In this document: positions 48,935 through 60,124 of the stretch, one piece after another | Position numbering within the stretch: position 1 is the first letter of the stretch | Layout: each line of letters starts with the position of its first letter | NCBI GenBank assembly: GCA_030390025.1 | Contig: CM059437.1 | Span: 30,196,001 to 30,260,000 of the forward strand | Reading direction: 5' to 3' | Source: Squalus acanthias | Lineage: Eukaryota | Length of the DNA: 64,000 bases | The notes under the pieces: generated by a model | The model's input: the letters and a program-made list of their open reading frames with translations, nothing else | Database searches by the model: none | What the model was told of the DNA's origin: nothing | Translations under genes and position numbers: made by a program

Positions 48935-49085
48935 CGTGAGGGCTTCCGGGCGGCGGGCTCAGCTGTATAATCTGCTCGTCTTTCGCTTGGAGCTGGTCGT
49001 TGAGTATCTGAACCGAACTGTCCCTCAGCCTCAGAGCCTGTTCCAGAGTCCGAATCGTGGAGACGTGATCCTCGGCCAGGACTGT
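48935..49085 (-). CDS. TBKBP1: TBKBP1 internal coding exon (TVLAEDHVSTIRTLEQALRLRDSSVQILNDQLQAKDEQIIQLSPPPGSPH)
   Basis: 151 nt, phase 0/1, acceptor ttttctccccacag, donor G|gtattg. Resembles human RALVETHLRQICGLEQQLR...LSPPP. Confidence 0.9.
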
Positions 49086-49784
49086 CTGTGGGGAGAAAAA
49101 TAAAGTTACAGATTGGCGGCAGGAAAACAAAAAAGTGGCCTCAGTTGATGATGCTGGCTTCTTAGCTGACTGGACAAAGCACTGTTTTAATTATATTGTT
49201 ACCCTGAATTTCCCCACCCATCCTCCTCCTCCTCCTCTCCTGAAGGCATTCACTTTTGCAGAGTTACAGTTTCATAGGTGCTGCAGCCCTCCAAGTACCT
49301 AATCTCAGTGACTGACCTTCATTTAAAAAAATAATTAATTCTTGGGATGTGGGCGTCGCTAGTAAGGCCAGCATTTATTGCCCATCTCTCGTTGCCCTTG
49401 AGAAGGTGGTGGTGAGCCGCCTTCTTGAACCGCTGCAGTCCGTGTGGTGAAGGTGCTCCCACAGTGCTGTTAGGTAGTGAGTTCCAGGTTTTGACCCAGT
49501 GACGATGAAGTAACGGAGATATATGTCCAAGTCAGGATGATGTGTGACTTGGAGGGGAACACATGTACCTGCTGCCCTGCTCCTTCTAGGGTGGTAGAGG
49601 TTGCGGGTTTGGGAGGTGCTGTTGAAGGGTGTCCCTAAGCATCGAGTGTCGCAGGCCATAGCCAATCCTATCCACACAAGTCCATCTTCCGGCAGGAATC
49701 ATTAGATAATGATCAGGACCTGGCTGACTTTCTTTCACCTTCCTAGCCCTGAGGCGCTGAAGCTAATTTTAGCTCCCCTACAAT

Positions 49785-50087
49785 TCACAGTCTCAGGATA
49801 CGGGGTAGGACATTTAGGACTGAGATGAGGAAAAATTTCTTCACTCAGAGGGTGGTGAACCTGTGGAATTCTCTACCACAGAAGGCTGTGGAGGCCAAGT
49901 CACTGAATATATTTAAGAAGGAGATAGATAGATTTCTAGACACAAAAGGCATCAAGGGGTATGGGGAGAGAGCGGGAATATGGTATTGAGATAGAGGATC
50001 AGCCATGATCATATTGAATGGCGGAGCAGGCTCGAAGGGCCGAATGGCCTACTCCTGCTCCTATTTTTCTTTGTTCTATGTTTCTAT
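49785..50087 (+). mobile_element. Young CR1 3' end
   Basis: Clean C-terminal coding sequence and 3' tail. Confidence 0.9.
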
Positions 50088-50569
50088 TACCCTTGGTTGA
50101 GATTAGCTAACTCAACACAGTCCAAGCATCGAACCTGGCACCTTCCTGTTCGCTACAACTAAAGTCCACACTGGGCAGTGCACTTAGAACTAAAACAATG
50201 GGGGAGCCAGATTAAGGCAGGGTAGTCTGTAGGACAATGGTTGATTGACCTTTTATACGTGACTAATGTTTTCCATGTTTTAACGGAGGTGGTTTAATTG
50301 TCAGTGCTGTGGAATGGAACATTTTCCACTTCTGCACTGAGGAGTCCTAGTTCAGGTATAACAGTTAAATCTCTTGTACCTAAATCCTGACCTCGTAAGA
50401 ACATCCTATTGCTCTGATGTGTCTTTCCATTCCCCACACCAGCCATCCAGTGGTCTCTGATTGAGATTGCCAATTTATTGGTGAATTAGGCATTGTTTTG
50501 GATGGAGATTTGGAATTCAGTTGAGACGGCAGTGTCTACAGTTATCTCACAAAGAGTCCTTTGAACGGG

Positions 50570-50780
50570 CAGAGGAGACTGCACTGTCAAAGGAGTCGTC
50601 TTTCAGATGAGACGTTAAACCGAGGTCCCGTCTGCCCGCTCAGGTGGACGTAAAAGATCACACGACACTATTTCGAAGGAGAGCAGGGGAGTTATCCCGG
50701 TGTCCTGGGCCAATATTTATCCCCCAATCAACATCATAAAAAAACCCAGATTATCTGGTCATTATCACAGTGCTGTTTGT
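50570..50780 (+). mobile_element. DeuSINE core fragment
   Basis: Deu core only. Confidence 0.8.
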
Positions 50781-51046
50781 CAAAACAGTGAAAACATGGC
50801 TCTACAATTCTGCTGCTAGGGCAAGGGAGTCAGTTTTGGCAATAGTATTTTTTTCAGTTTTCTCCTCTCTCCTGAATGTGCTCACTTCTACAGTAATGTT
50901 CCATGAATACTATAGTCTTCTAGTATCTTTCCCACATGGCCATTATTCATGTGAGTCAGGCAATGTCAGTAGGCTCCTTGATTAATACAGCCAAGAACAT
51001 CCTAACCTCACCCAGTGTCCACATTTGTGTACTGACGTAGATAGAT

Positions 51047-51445
51047 GTCAGCTGTGGCTCAGTGGGCAGCACTCTCGCCCGAGTCAGAAGGTTGTGGGTT
51101 CAAGTCCCACTCCAGAGACTTGAGCACAAAATCTAGGCCGACACTCCCAGTGCAGTGCTGAGGGAGTGCTGCACTGTCGGAGGTGCCGACTTTCAGATGA
51201 GACGTTAAACCGAGGCCCCGTCTGCCCTCTCAAGCGGATGTAAACAATCCCAAGGCACTATTTCAAAGAGGAGCAGGGGTGTCCTCCCCAGCAGCAGCCT
51301 GGCCAATATTTATCCCTCAACCAACACCTAAAAGTAGACGATCTGATCATTATCGCATTGCTGTTTGTGGGATCTTGCTGTGCACAAACTGGCCGCTGCA
51401 TTTCCTGAGGTTGTGAAAGGCACTACATAAATGCGAGGTCTTTCT
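51047..51445 (+). mobile_element. DeuSINE
   Basis: Head, Deu core and partly deleted tail. Confidence 0.88.
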
Positions 51446-52199
51446 ATATAACCACTCAGCTGTCAGGGCAGCTCAGACTGTATCTTAAAAGGCGCAACAT
51501 CCCTTTCACGGAGTGCAGACTGTTGCCGAGAAGCCGTGTCCCTTTTGCCAAGCCGAAGCTGTGTCTTAAAGGTAAAGTTTGCCTGATACTGAGCGCTGGA
51601 TGTACGTTGGGCACCGCAACCCATTTACTTCCCACTGGCTTTCCATTGTAGCACTCTCCGCAGAACATATGCTGTGCAGTCTCAAAGGAAATCACGATAG
51701 GCAGCCACAGTCAGAGCACTGCCAAGCGTGCACAGAATCCTTAATGCAGAAAGAGCGTCCAAGAGGCCGAGATGAGAGCTATAACGGTACAAAAAAAATT
51801 ACTTTGATGCGAGGAGCAACGAACCCGAGACACACCACTTCTAAAACCTTCTTTAAAAAAAATATATATTTTTTTTGTTCTGTTGCCTCCGGGGTCACCT
51901 GACTTCAGTGCAGCAACTCTTGACAGGGAACAGTGAGCAGTCCCGCGACTGAGCCTTTAAAGCAGGTTAGCTTAAAAGCCCAGCATGCACTGGGCTCACA
52001 GGAAGTGTGCTTGGCGCTTTGAAACAATTGCTCCCAAAGCCCCTCCAGGCAACAGCTGCTATAAATAGAACTACGGAAAAAAAAAAACAGTTTCTCATGT
52101 GTGCTTCTCATGGATTATTGCCAAAAAGAAAAACATGACTGTTGGAAATCAGTTTGAACCAAAAAAAAAAGGAAAAGCTCAAAATGTTCAAAGGTCCTT

Positions 52200-52640
52200 C
52201 ACAACAACAACAACAACAACTTGTATTTATATAGCGCCTTTTAACATAGTAAAACGTCCCAAGGCGCTGCACAGGAGTATTATCAGACAAAAAAATTTGA
52301 CTGCGAGCCACATAAAAGGAGAAAATTAGGGCAGGTGACAAAAAGCTTGGTCAAAGAGGTAGGTTTTAAGGAGCGTCTTAAAGGAGGAGAGAGAGGTGTA
52401 GAGAGATGGGGAGGTTTAGGCAGGGAATTCCAGAGCATAGGGCCCAGGCAGCTGAAGGCACGGCCGGCAATGGTGGAGCGATTAAAATCGAAGATGCGCA
52501 AGAGGCCAGAATTAGAGGAGCGCAGATATCTCAGCCGGGGTGGGGGGGGGGGTTGAAGGAGATTACAGAGATAGGGAGGGGTGAGGCCATGGAGGGATTT
52601 GAAAACAAGGATGAGAAATTTTGAAGTCGAGGCATTGCTT
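52200..52640 (-). mobile_element. L2 3' fragment
   Basis: (CAA)n tail; AGRAFSCLGPMLWNSLP. Confidence 0.88.
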
Positions 52641-52829
52641 CACTCCAAAATATTAACCTGCATTTATCCCCCTTATCAGATGCTGACTGACCTGCTATGT
52701 ATTTGAGCATTATCTGTACACTCAATGCAACACTCGTTATCCATGTTCCCATAGCAACCTTTATGGATAATTGTAAAAGGTCGCATTTATTTCTTTAAGA
52801 AGGTGCTGATGGGCCTTCTTAATGCTCGT

Positions 52830-53197
52830 TAGGGTTGCCAATGCTCCAGGATTGCCCTGGAGTTAAAGACTAATCTCCAGGACACTGTTACAAGCAACCC
52901 AAGAGAAAAATCATAGGGACATTAAAAATTGTGTTTTTAAAAACATTTTCTTTGAACACTATTGTTTACTAGTTATACAAATATCAGACATTGGGGGGGA
53001 AAAGACTTTTTGACTGAGAGTGAAGCATCATCCAATCGGGTAATGAAGAATCTATTCACTTTCCGATTGGCATAGAACGGTGGTGCACCGCAAGTATGGA
53101 CATGTCGGGTGACCAATGGCGAGAGTGTGGGGGCAGGGCGGTTAGAGGCAGGAGGTCGGGTGACAAAACCTCCAGGAATATGTCCAACCAGAGTTGG
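52830..53197. mobile_element. Unclassified non-autonomous DNA element
   Basis: Left end TAGGGTTGCCAA, repeated CTCCAGGA subterminal motif, degraded right end gagttgg. Confidence 0.55.
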
Positions 53198-54194
53198 TTG
53201 TTTTTACAAAGGGCATTAAGAGTCAACCACCTAGTGTGGGAGTGGAGTCACATACTGGCCAGACCAGGTGGGGAATGGCAGGTCCTCTTCCCTGAAGAAC
53301 ATTTAGTGAGTCAGTTTTTGGTCATTTTTCTGATGCCAGCCCACAAATTACCAGATGAGCATGGCGACGCTGGACTTCCAATCCCTGGGGCATTAGTCCC
53401 ATACCATAACCACTACACTGCCGTACGCATTGTGCACTAGGTGCTACATCAGTCCGTATCCTGCCACCTGAGCTCATCAGTAGTAACAGTCGTCAATGCT
53501 GTGCGTCTGATCAGAACCAGATGTTACTCATTCCGCACGTTCAACTTTAAATCCCAGCAGCGAATGCCAAACACCACCCGAGAAATACGGTAAATCTTTA
53601 CAATTCTTCCCAGTGCTAATTTAGCTTAAGCCCCAGAGCCAGTAATCAAAAACCTCCCTGTATTTTTTTTTTAAAAAACGCATCTCTCCTCAGTGCAGTT
53701 TTATGAACCATACACTGCGCACACAAGAATAAACAGTAAGCACTTCAAACCACTTTGAAGCATTACCAATAAATAAGGGCCAATTCCAGGCTCCCAGCAG
53801 GAAACACGGCCCGTGATTTTCTGCCCATTCATTTTGATGCACTCACTGGCTGTGAGCCCGTGATTTCCAGCAATGTGTTCCCTGGGAGCGCATAATCGGC
53901 TGCAGGAATACTACATTGCAGAGATTATAAGGAATCAAAAGTGCTTGCTGAAGATTCCCCTTCATTCTGACTCAGTTGTCATTGCACTTCCCGCTGAGGA
54001 GTTGAGTCAAACAAACTAGAAGGTTCCCAGATTCAGTTCCCAGTCTGTGCCGTGTTAGCTGACACAGTGACTGTACATTTGGCTCTCAGTTCCTCAAGAC
54101 TGGGGGAGGAGGGAATATCAGCTAGGGTTCCAGCTCCTGATTGCTTTCTCTTTGTGGATATTGGGTGAGGACAGGCTCTGATGCCCACCGCAGT

Positions 54195-54450
54195 TGCATA
54201 GTTACATGGAGTCTACAGCACGGAAACAGGCCATTCAGCCCGACAGGTACACGCCGGTGTTTATGCCCCACACAAGCCTCTTCCCCCCAACCCCTCTTCC
54301 CCCTAACCCCATCAGCATATCATCCTATTCCTGTCTCCCTTATGTGCTTATCTAGCTTCCCCTTAAATACATCTATGCTATTGGCCTCAGCTACCCACCG
54401 TGGCCGCACGTTCCACATTCTCACCACTCTTTGGGTAAAGAAATTTCCAT
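54195..54450 (-). mobile_element. CR1 3' end
   Basis: CR1 3'UTR and C-terminal coding remnant. Confidence 0.8.
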
Positions 54451-54766
54451 TGATCATTAGTGAAAATAATGAACAGCAGCAGATCCAATACAGAGCCCCA
54501 AGGAACTCTCCTCATATAGTTTAGTGTAGTGGTTATGTTACTGGACTAGTAATTCAGAAAACTGGATTTCTAATCCATTCAGCCTGTAGGGGGGAGGGAA
54601 ATAATGGATTCATTTTTTTTTAAATCTGGTATCGGTAAAAGTGACCATGACGCTGTCAGACTGCCGTAACAAACAAACTGGTTCACTAATATTCTTAGAG
54701 AGGAAACCTGCCGTCCTTACCTGATCTGGCCTAAATGTGACTCGGGTCCCACACCAACATGGTTGA

Positions 54767-55060
54767 CATAAGAACACAAGAGTAGCAGGAGTAGTCCATT
54801 TAGCCCTTCGAGTCTGCTCGGCCATTCAATAAGATCATGGCTGATCTTCGACCTCAACTCCACCTTCCCGCACTATCCCCCTATCCCTTGATTCCCCTAA
54901 TATCCAAAAATCTATCTCTGTCTTGAATATTATCGACGACTGAGCATCCACAGCCCTCTAGAGTAAAGAATTCCAAAGATTCACACCCCTCTGAGTGAAG
55001 AAATTTTTCCTCATCTCAGTCCTAAATGGCCGACCCCTTATTCTGAGACTGTGACCCCTC
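54767..55060 (-). mobile_element. CR1 3' end inserted in a SINE
   Basis: RGHSLRIRGRPFRTEMRKNFF. Confidence 0.85.
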
Positions 55061-55375
55061 TTAAGTGCCCACTCAAGTGGCCTAGCAAGCCACTCAGTTG
55101 CATCAAACCTGGGCAACGAGAGATGGGCAATAAATGCTGGACTTGCCAGTGACGCCCACATCCAGAGAATAAACTTTAAAAAAACAGGACCCAATCAATC
55201 CTACTGCCATTAACAACGAGCAAGCGCGTACAATATTTCAAACAGCTACCTATCCAACATAATAACTGTCCTTTAATCCCGTGAGATCTCATTTTTTGTA
55301 ATAGCCGATAAGGCAGTACTTTATCAAACACTGTTTTGGAAGTCAAGGTATTCAACCAAACTATCTTCATCCATC

Positions 55376-55525
55376 ATAGAAACATAGAACATAGACATAG
55401 AAACATAGGAGCAGGAGTAGGCCATTTGGCCCTTCGAGCCTGCTCCGCCATTCAATATGATCATGGCTGATCCTCTATCTCAATACCATATTCCCGCTCT
55501 CTCCCCATACCCCTTGATGCCTTTT
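55376..55525 (-). mobile_element. CR1 LINE 3' end (KGIKGYGERAG plus 3'UTR and tail) fused to the 28S fragment
   Basis: Nearly identical to the CR1 3' end at about 49943-50087; tail of ctatgttt-like repeats. Confidence 0.9.
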
Positions 55526-55723
55526 CTAGGCGCCGGCCGAGGCCACTCGCCTGCCCGGAGGCCGACGGGCACCGCAGCTGGGGCGATCCACAGGAAGGGC
55601 CCGGCGCGCGTCCAGAGTCGCCACCGCCCCGGAGGGCGACGCCTCGTCCAGCCGCGGCACGTGCCCAGCCCCGCTTCGCACCCCAGCCCGACTGACCCAG
55701 CCCTTAGAGCCAATCCCTATCCC
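55526..55723 (-). pseudogene. 28S rRNA fragment (D8/ES27 region) forming the 5' part of a chimeric retrocopy
   Basis: Minus strand reads GGGATAGGGATTGGCTCTAAGGGCTGGGTCAGTCGGGCTGGGG...GGCGACTCTGGACGCG...GTGGATCGCCCCAGCTGCGG...CCTCGGCCGGCGCCTAG, all conserved vertebrate 28S blocks. No other rDNA lies nearby. Confidence 0.92.
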
Positions 55724-55867
55724 TTATCATTCTATCATCTTCCTCAAAGAGAACTCAGTCCAGTTACTGAGGCAGGACCAATTCTTACAGGGGCACCCAA
55801 AGCAAAGCAGGACAGTCCCAAAGCTGCAAAACCATAAATCAGTGGTAATATCGAACCAGGAATGTAC

Positions 55868-55972
55868 CATTTCTTCCAGCTGGTGATGTAGGTCATCTTT
55901 TTCGGAACGTATTTTTTCGTAAGCTTGAATGACTTCATCCAGGTGATCCTCCCTTTCTTTACTGTCTTGAAG
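55868..55972 (-). CDS. TBKBP1: TBKBP1 internal coding exon (LQDSKEREDHLDEVIQAYEKIRSEKDDLHHQLEEM)
   Basis: 105 nt, phase 0/0, acceptor attttcag, donor ATG|gtacat. Aligns without gaps to recalled human LQKNKEQEEQLGEMIQAYEKLCVEKSDLETELREM. This frame is not in the supplied ORF track. Confidence 0.92.
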
Positions 55973-56789
55973 CTGAAAATTAATTAAAAATCGTTATTTA
56001 ATTGATGAGATACACGAGGGAATCTATCAGGCTCAAAGGGGAGTAGATCAGTTACACAAAACTGTACTGAATCTTCCCTTCATATTCTACTTAATGCGAA
56101 TTTTTAAAAAAATATTCTCTCTCAGGATGTGGGCATCGCTGGCAAGGCCAGCATTTATTGCCCACCCCTAGTTGCCCTTGAGAAGGTGGTGGTGGGCCTT
56201 CTTCTTGAACTGCTGCAGTCCATGTGGTGAAGGTACTCCCATGGTGCTGTTAGGTAGGAAGTTCCAGTTTCAATTCTATTGTTTTGCATGCCAGTCACAC
56301 CTTGTGACCACCCTGAGTGAGACTGTCAAATTAGTGCCAAGTTGTAGTTAATTGACTCCCAAGAGTCCATGACAAATGACCATGATCTATTAGGAATGCA
56401 GATTCAATGGTCTGATCCCATCTCCTGGCCTGGACCCCTAATGAGGACATTTTTAAAGAATTACTTCCCTCATTCGGGGGCTGATCAGAGCCATGGTGGG
56501 GGGGGGGGGGGGGGGCTAGGCAGATTCCTCTCCCCCCTACAGGCCTGGTGGCTTCCGCAGTTTCCTGGCACATGGGGCAGGCGAGCACTAAAGAAGCACC
56601 CCGTTGGACCCAGGCAAATGGGATGCCCTCCCATGGACCCCACAAACGTCAGTGTTGGAGGGCGGCAGTGGGAGCAATCTCGATGTAGCCGAGGATCTCT
56701 GCTCGTGGACTATCAGGGCTTTTGGTTTTTTTTGTTTGTTTTTTTTAAACAGTATTTGTGGTGGATTTTATCATTGCTAATTCTCTCCC

Positions 56790-57130
56790 GTCAGTACCTT
56801 TGTACCCCTGAAGCTGTTGATTCCTTGCTGGGATATGCTTCCATCAAGTCAGATTTCCTCTGGAACTCTGCCAAAGCGGCCAATATTCCACATCAGCCTT
56901 GACAGTGAGGGTCAGACTATTCAATAGCAAGTGTCTCACAGATGGACCCAATCCTGTCGTCACATGAACCTTCCAGCAGGGGTTGCTGGGTAGTGATCAG
57001 GAGCAGGAACCTTGGCCAATTTTCCCCCTGCCTGGAGCACGGAGATCAACAGTCATGCCTTTACCACTGGCCTCGTAGAGATCAGCTAACTCAGCCAGGG
57101 ATTGAACCTGCTTCCTTCCTGTGTGAGCTA
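56790..57130 (-). mobile_element. Unclassified tRNA-like SINE (family X)
   Basis: Recurring blocks ggttcaatccctggctgagttagctgatctc, gctcctgatcacta.ccag..acccctgctggaa and gaatag.ctga. At least ten degenerate copies in the window. Confidence 0.6.
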
Positions 57131-57211
57131 CTCGTTGCTGAGCTGGGGGAGGGTTGGAGAGAAAAAGGAGAAGCGCATTTGTGGATTTTTTAGAAGAAAT
57201 TCTGCACAAAC

Positions 57212-57331
57212 CTGATTTCTGAGGTGGTCCAGCTGCTCCCTCAGCCGGCTGTTTTCATTTCTCAGCAAAGTAACATCAAGCAAGCTTTGGGGCAACTTCT
57301 TATCATCTCCAAGTTCACTTGACAAGGAAAA
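57212..57331 (-). CDS. TBKBP1: TBKBP1/SINTBAD internal coding exon (FSLSSELGDDKKLPQSLLDVTLLRNENSRLREQLDHLRNQ)
   Basis: 120 nt, phase 0/0, acceptor atttcccag, donor CAG|gtttgt. Coiled-coil peptide that corresponds positionally to human TBKBP1 YPLISDFGEE...LQQRLNQFQHE as recalled. Confidence 0.85.
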
Positions 57332-57899
57332 CTGGGAAATGAAGCACAACAAAAATGAGAAGAGAGGAGAGGAGGGTAGGGCATTGCATCATAAGAGCAT
57401 AAGAAATAGGAGCAGGAGTAGCCCATACGACCCCTCGAGCATTCAATAAGATCATGGCTGATCTTCTACCTCAACTCCACTTTCCCGCACTATCCCCGTG
57501 GCGTCCAAAAATCTATTGGCCTCAGTCTTGAATATACTCAACGACTGAGCATCCACAGCCCTCTGGGGTAGAGAATTCCAAAGATCACAAGTGGCTTGAT
57601 TCCCACCCCCCCCATTTGTTCTTCCCTGTCTGGTCCACAGACGCACCTGCACTTTCCAGCAAGGGTCATTGTACAGCAGTCAAGCGCGGGAACCCTGGTT
57701 GACTTTTTCCTCTCTCTCTCATAGCCCAAGGGTGCCGAGACCAAGTACACCTGCTGCCTAGGCTGAGATCTATTAACTCGGCAAGGAGCAGGGATCGAAT
57801 CAGGGCCTTCCTAATCTGTGTGGCTCAATTCTACACTTGCACTGCTTTTACCAACTAAAGTAAGATGTTCTACTAGACCTGTTGGTGTTAAAGGCTGGG

Positions 57900-58440
57900 A
57901 ATGATCGCCCAACCTCCTCCATCCCTACAACCTGCCTCCACTTACCATCTCCTTTGCTCTAACACTGGCCATTTACACCCCCCCCCCCCCTCCCCTCGTC
58001 CCACCATTGGCTGCCTAGGCGTCTACTCTGGAATTCCCTCCCTAAACCCCTCCGCCTCTCCACCTCACTCTGCTACTTTAAGCTCCTCTTTAAGATCCAA
58101 CTCTTCGACCAAGCTTTGACACTGAGCCGTAGAAAGAGACATTAAGACAGGTGACTAAAAGCTTGGTTAAAGAGGTAAGTTTTAAAAAGGGTTTTAAAGG
58201 AGGAGAGAGAGGTGGAAAGGAAGAGAGGGTTAAGGAGGGAATTCCAGAGATTAGGGCCTAGATGGATGAAAGCACGGCCGCCAATGGTGGAGCAAAGAAA
58301 CAGGTTGCGCAAGAGGCCAGAATTGGAGGAATGCAGAGTTTTTTTGGAGGGTTATAGGGCTGGAGGAGGTTGCAGAGATAGGGAGAGGCAATCCATGGAG
58401 GGATTTGAACACGAGGACGAGTATTTTAAAATTGAGGCCT
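57900..58440. mobile_element. Two L2 fragments in opposite orientation
   Basis: Plus copy at about 57900-58116, minus copy at about 58117-58440. Confidence 0.78.
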
Positions 58441-59256
58441 TAGTGGCAGACACTGTGGGCTGGAACTCTGATGAAGCGATCTGCGTTTATAGACAAGAAT
58501 ACACTGGACTGTGTAAGAATTTTAATGGTTCTAATCTGCAGTTGCGTGAACTGGAGCCACTAGCACCTGTATCCGGTGTCTGTTCTTGTATATTTCTGTT
58601 TGGGTTTTGGTTGTTAGGCCAGCCTCAAAACCCTATTTATTAACACCCCTCACCTCCCTATAAAATGAAATGGATTTTAAATGCCCATATGTGCACACTC
58701 CTTGGGCTTCCCTCTTCTTTCAGATGGTTGAAGTGTACAAAGGCTGACCCAATTTCACACACTCACACAGTAACCTATTCACTGACACAATGCTATAATT
58801 AGATATGGGCACAACCTGCCCTGGATGCCTATAGCTTCAGCTGTGTCTCAGTGGATTGCGTCTTTATCAATCTGACAGATTAACAAAGGAACATTTTGAC
58901 AAAGGGAGCAAGGCACGCTTTCTTCACTTTCATGCCTGTCTGTTAAGGAGCTATACATGGAAGATAGAAAGTGTGAGCACACAATGTTAGAGCTAACACA
59001 TGCACTAAATATGCAGTAATTCAGTGCATTGACATTAATGGAGCGTTGGGGCTTTTTCACCCAAGTTTCCAAACCTTCTACTGGGACCAAACTGGTTTAA
59101 CGTTACTTAATACACAAACCCAGACCTGAACATTTTTTTCTCTTATTAAAGACAGGCTGGTCCCTTCTACATCTTTACCTCGTGTTTGGCAAGTCTTATT
59201 TTCCTTTGTGTGCAAACACTCTTCTATTAACCTTCAGGCTGCTGAATTAACGGGAA

Positions 59257-59713
59257 CAAAAGCAAACATACTGCGAATGCTGGAAACCTGAAATAAATAT
59301 GTTGGACTATAACCTAGTGTTCTGCAGACTTCTCATTTTTGAAATAAAGAGAGAAAACGCTGGAAACACTCAGTGGGTGAGGCAGTATCTGGGGGTCTAC
59401 CTGCTTTTCTTCCGCCGCACTCTTGTACCGTTGGAGCCATCCCTTTGCCAGGTTTTCCATCCTTCCCTCCTCCTCTGCTGTAACCCTTTACACCTCCTCG
59501 TTTACATCTTTCGTTTCTAGACTTGTCTCATTAACATCTCCTTTTGCCTTGCACCGTCATCACTTTTGTCATTTAATCACTCTTGCCTGCCACCCTATCA
59601 TGGATCTTTGTTCTTTCCCTGCCCCCACTTCTCCCTGGCTCAGCAACTTGCTTAAAAAGCTGTTCGTCTCTCGTAACATCTTCCTTATCTGATGGAAGGT
59701 CATCGACCTGAAA
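59257..59713. mobile_element. Older Penelope-type element in inverted arrangement with a degenerate hammerhead
   Basis: Minus-strand 3' pieces at 59257-59394; the plus-strand body ends CTGATGGAAGGTCATCGACCTGAAA. Confidence 0.65.
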
Positions 59714-59717
59714 GGTT

Positions 59718-60110
59718 GGGGAGAATTTCCCAACTCCAACCCGCCCACATCCAGTTTTAACGGAGGCGGGTCGGGAGGACAACCTGATCCCAGGAGGCTG
59801 GTCGCTCATTTAAATATTATAAGGAGGCTGGTGTGCCTCAGATTTAAGCACCATTCTAAATTTAACTGCGGCTGGTCGGGTTTTACAGGCCTCTGAGATC
59901 CCGCCAGTTAAAGTAAGACGAGGACTGCTGGATCCAGGAGGTAAGTGCCTTTACACTTACCTCCTGGACCCAGCGTCCCTGCCTAACCCACACCCCGTGA
60001 TTGGACACCCACTCCCAGAGGCCTTTGATCGATCCCCCCCCCCCCATGAGGCCTCTGATCACCTTCCCGGACTCCCCCCTCCCAAACGTTGCTCCTCAGG
60101 TCAGCCCCGA
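59718..60110. mobile_element. Partial GC-rich MITE related to 17434-18294
   Basis: Shares ctccaacccgcccac, tttaaatat and ggatccaggaggtaagtg blocks. Confidence 0.6.
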
Positions 60111-60124
60111 TGCTTAGAATCGTA

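Noticed and set aside
55457..55837. ORFs across the GC-rich 55.5-kb segment
   Set aside because: They are translations of 28S rRNA and CR1 sequence. The segment is also too short to be a functional rRNA gene.
58848..59090. ORF containing CSLCQ, like the TBKBP1 zinc finger
   Set aside because: It lies upstream of the N-terminal exons, lacks the FP and HxxxH residues and has no good splice sites.
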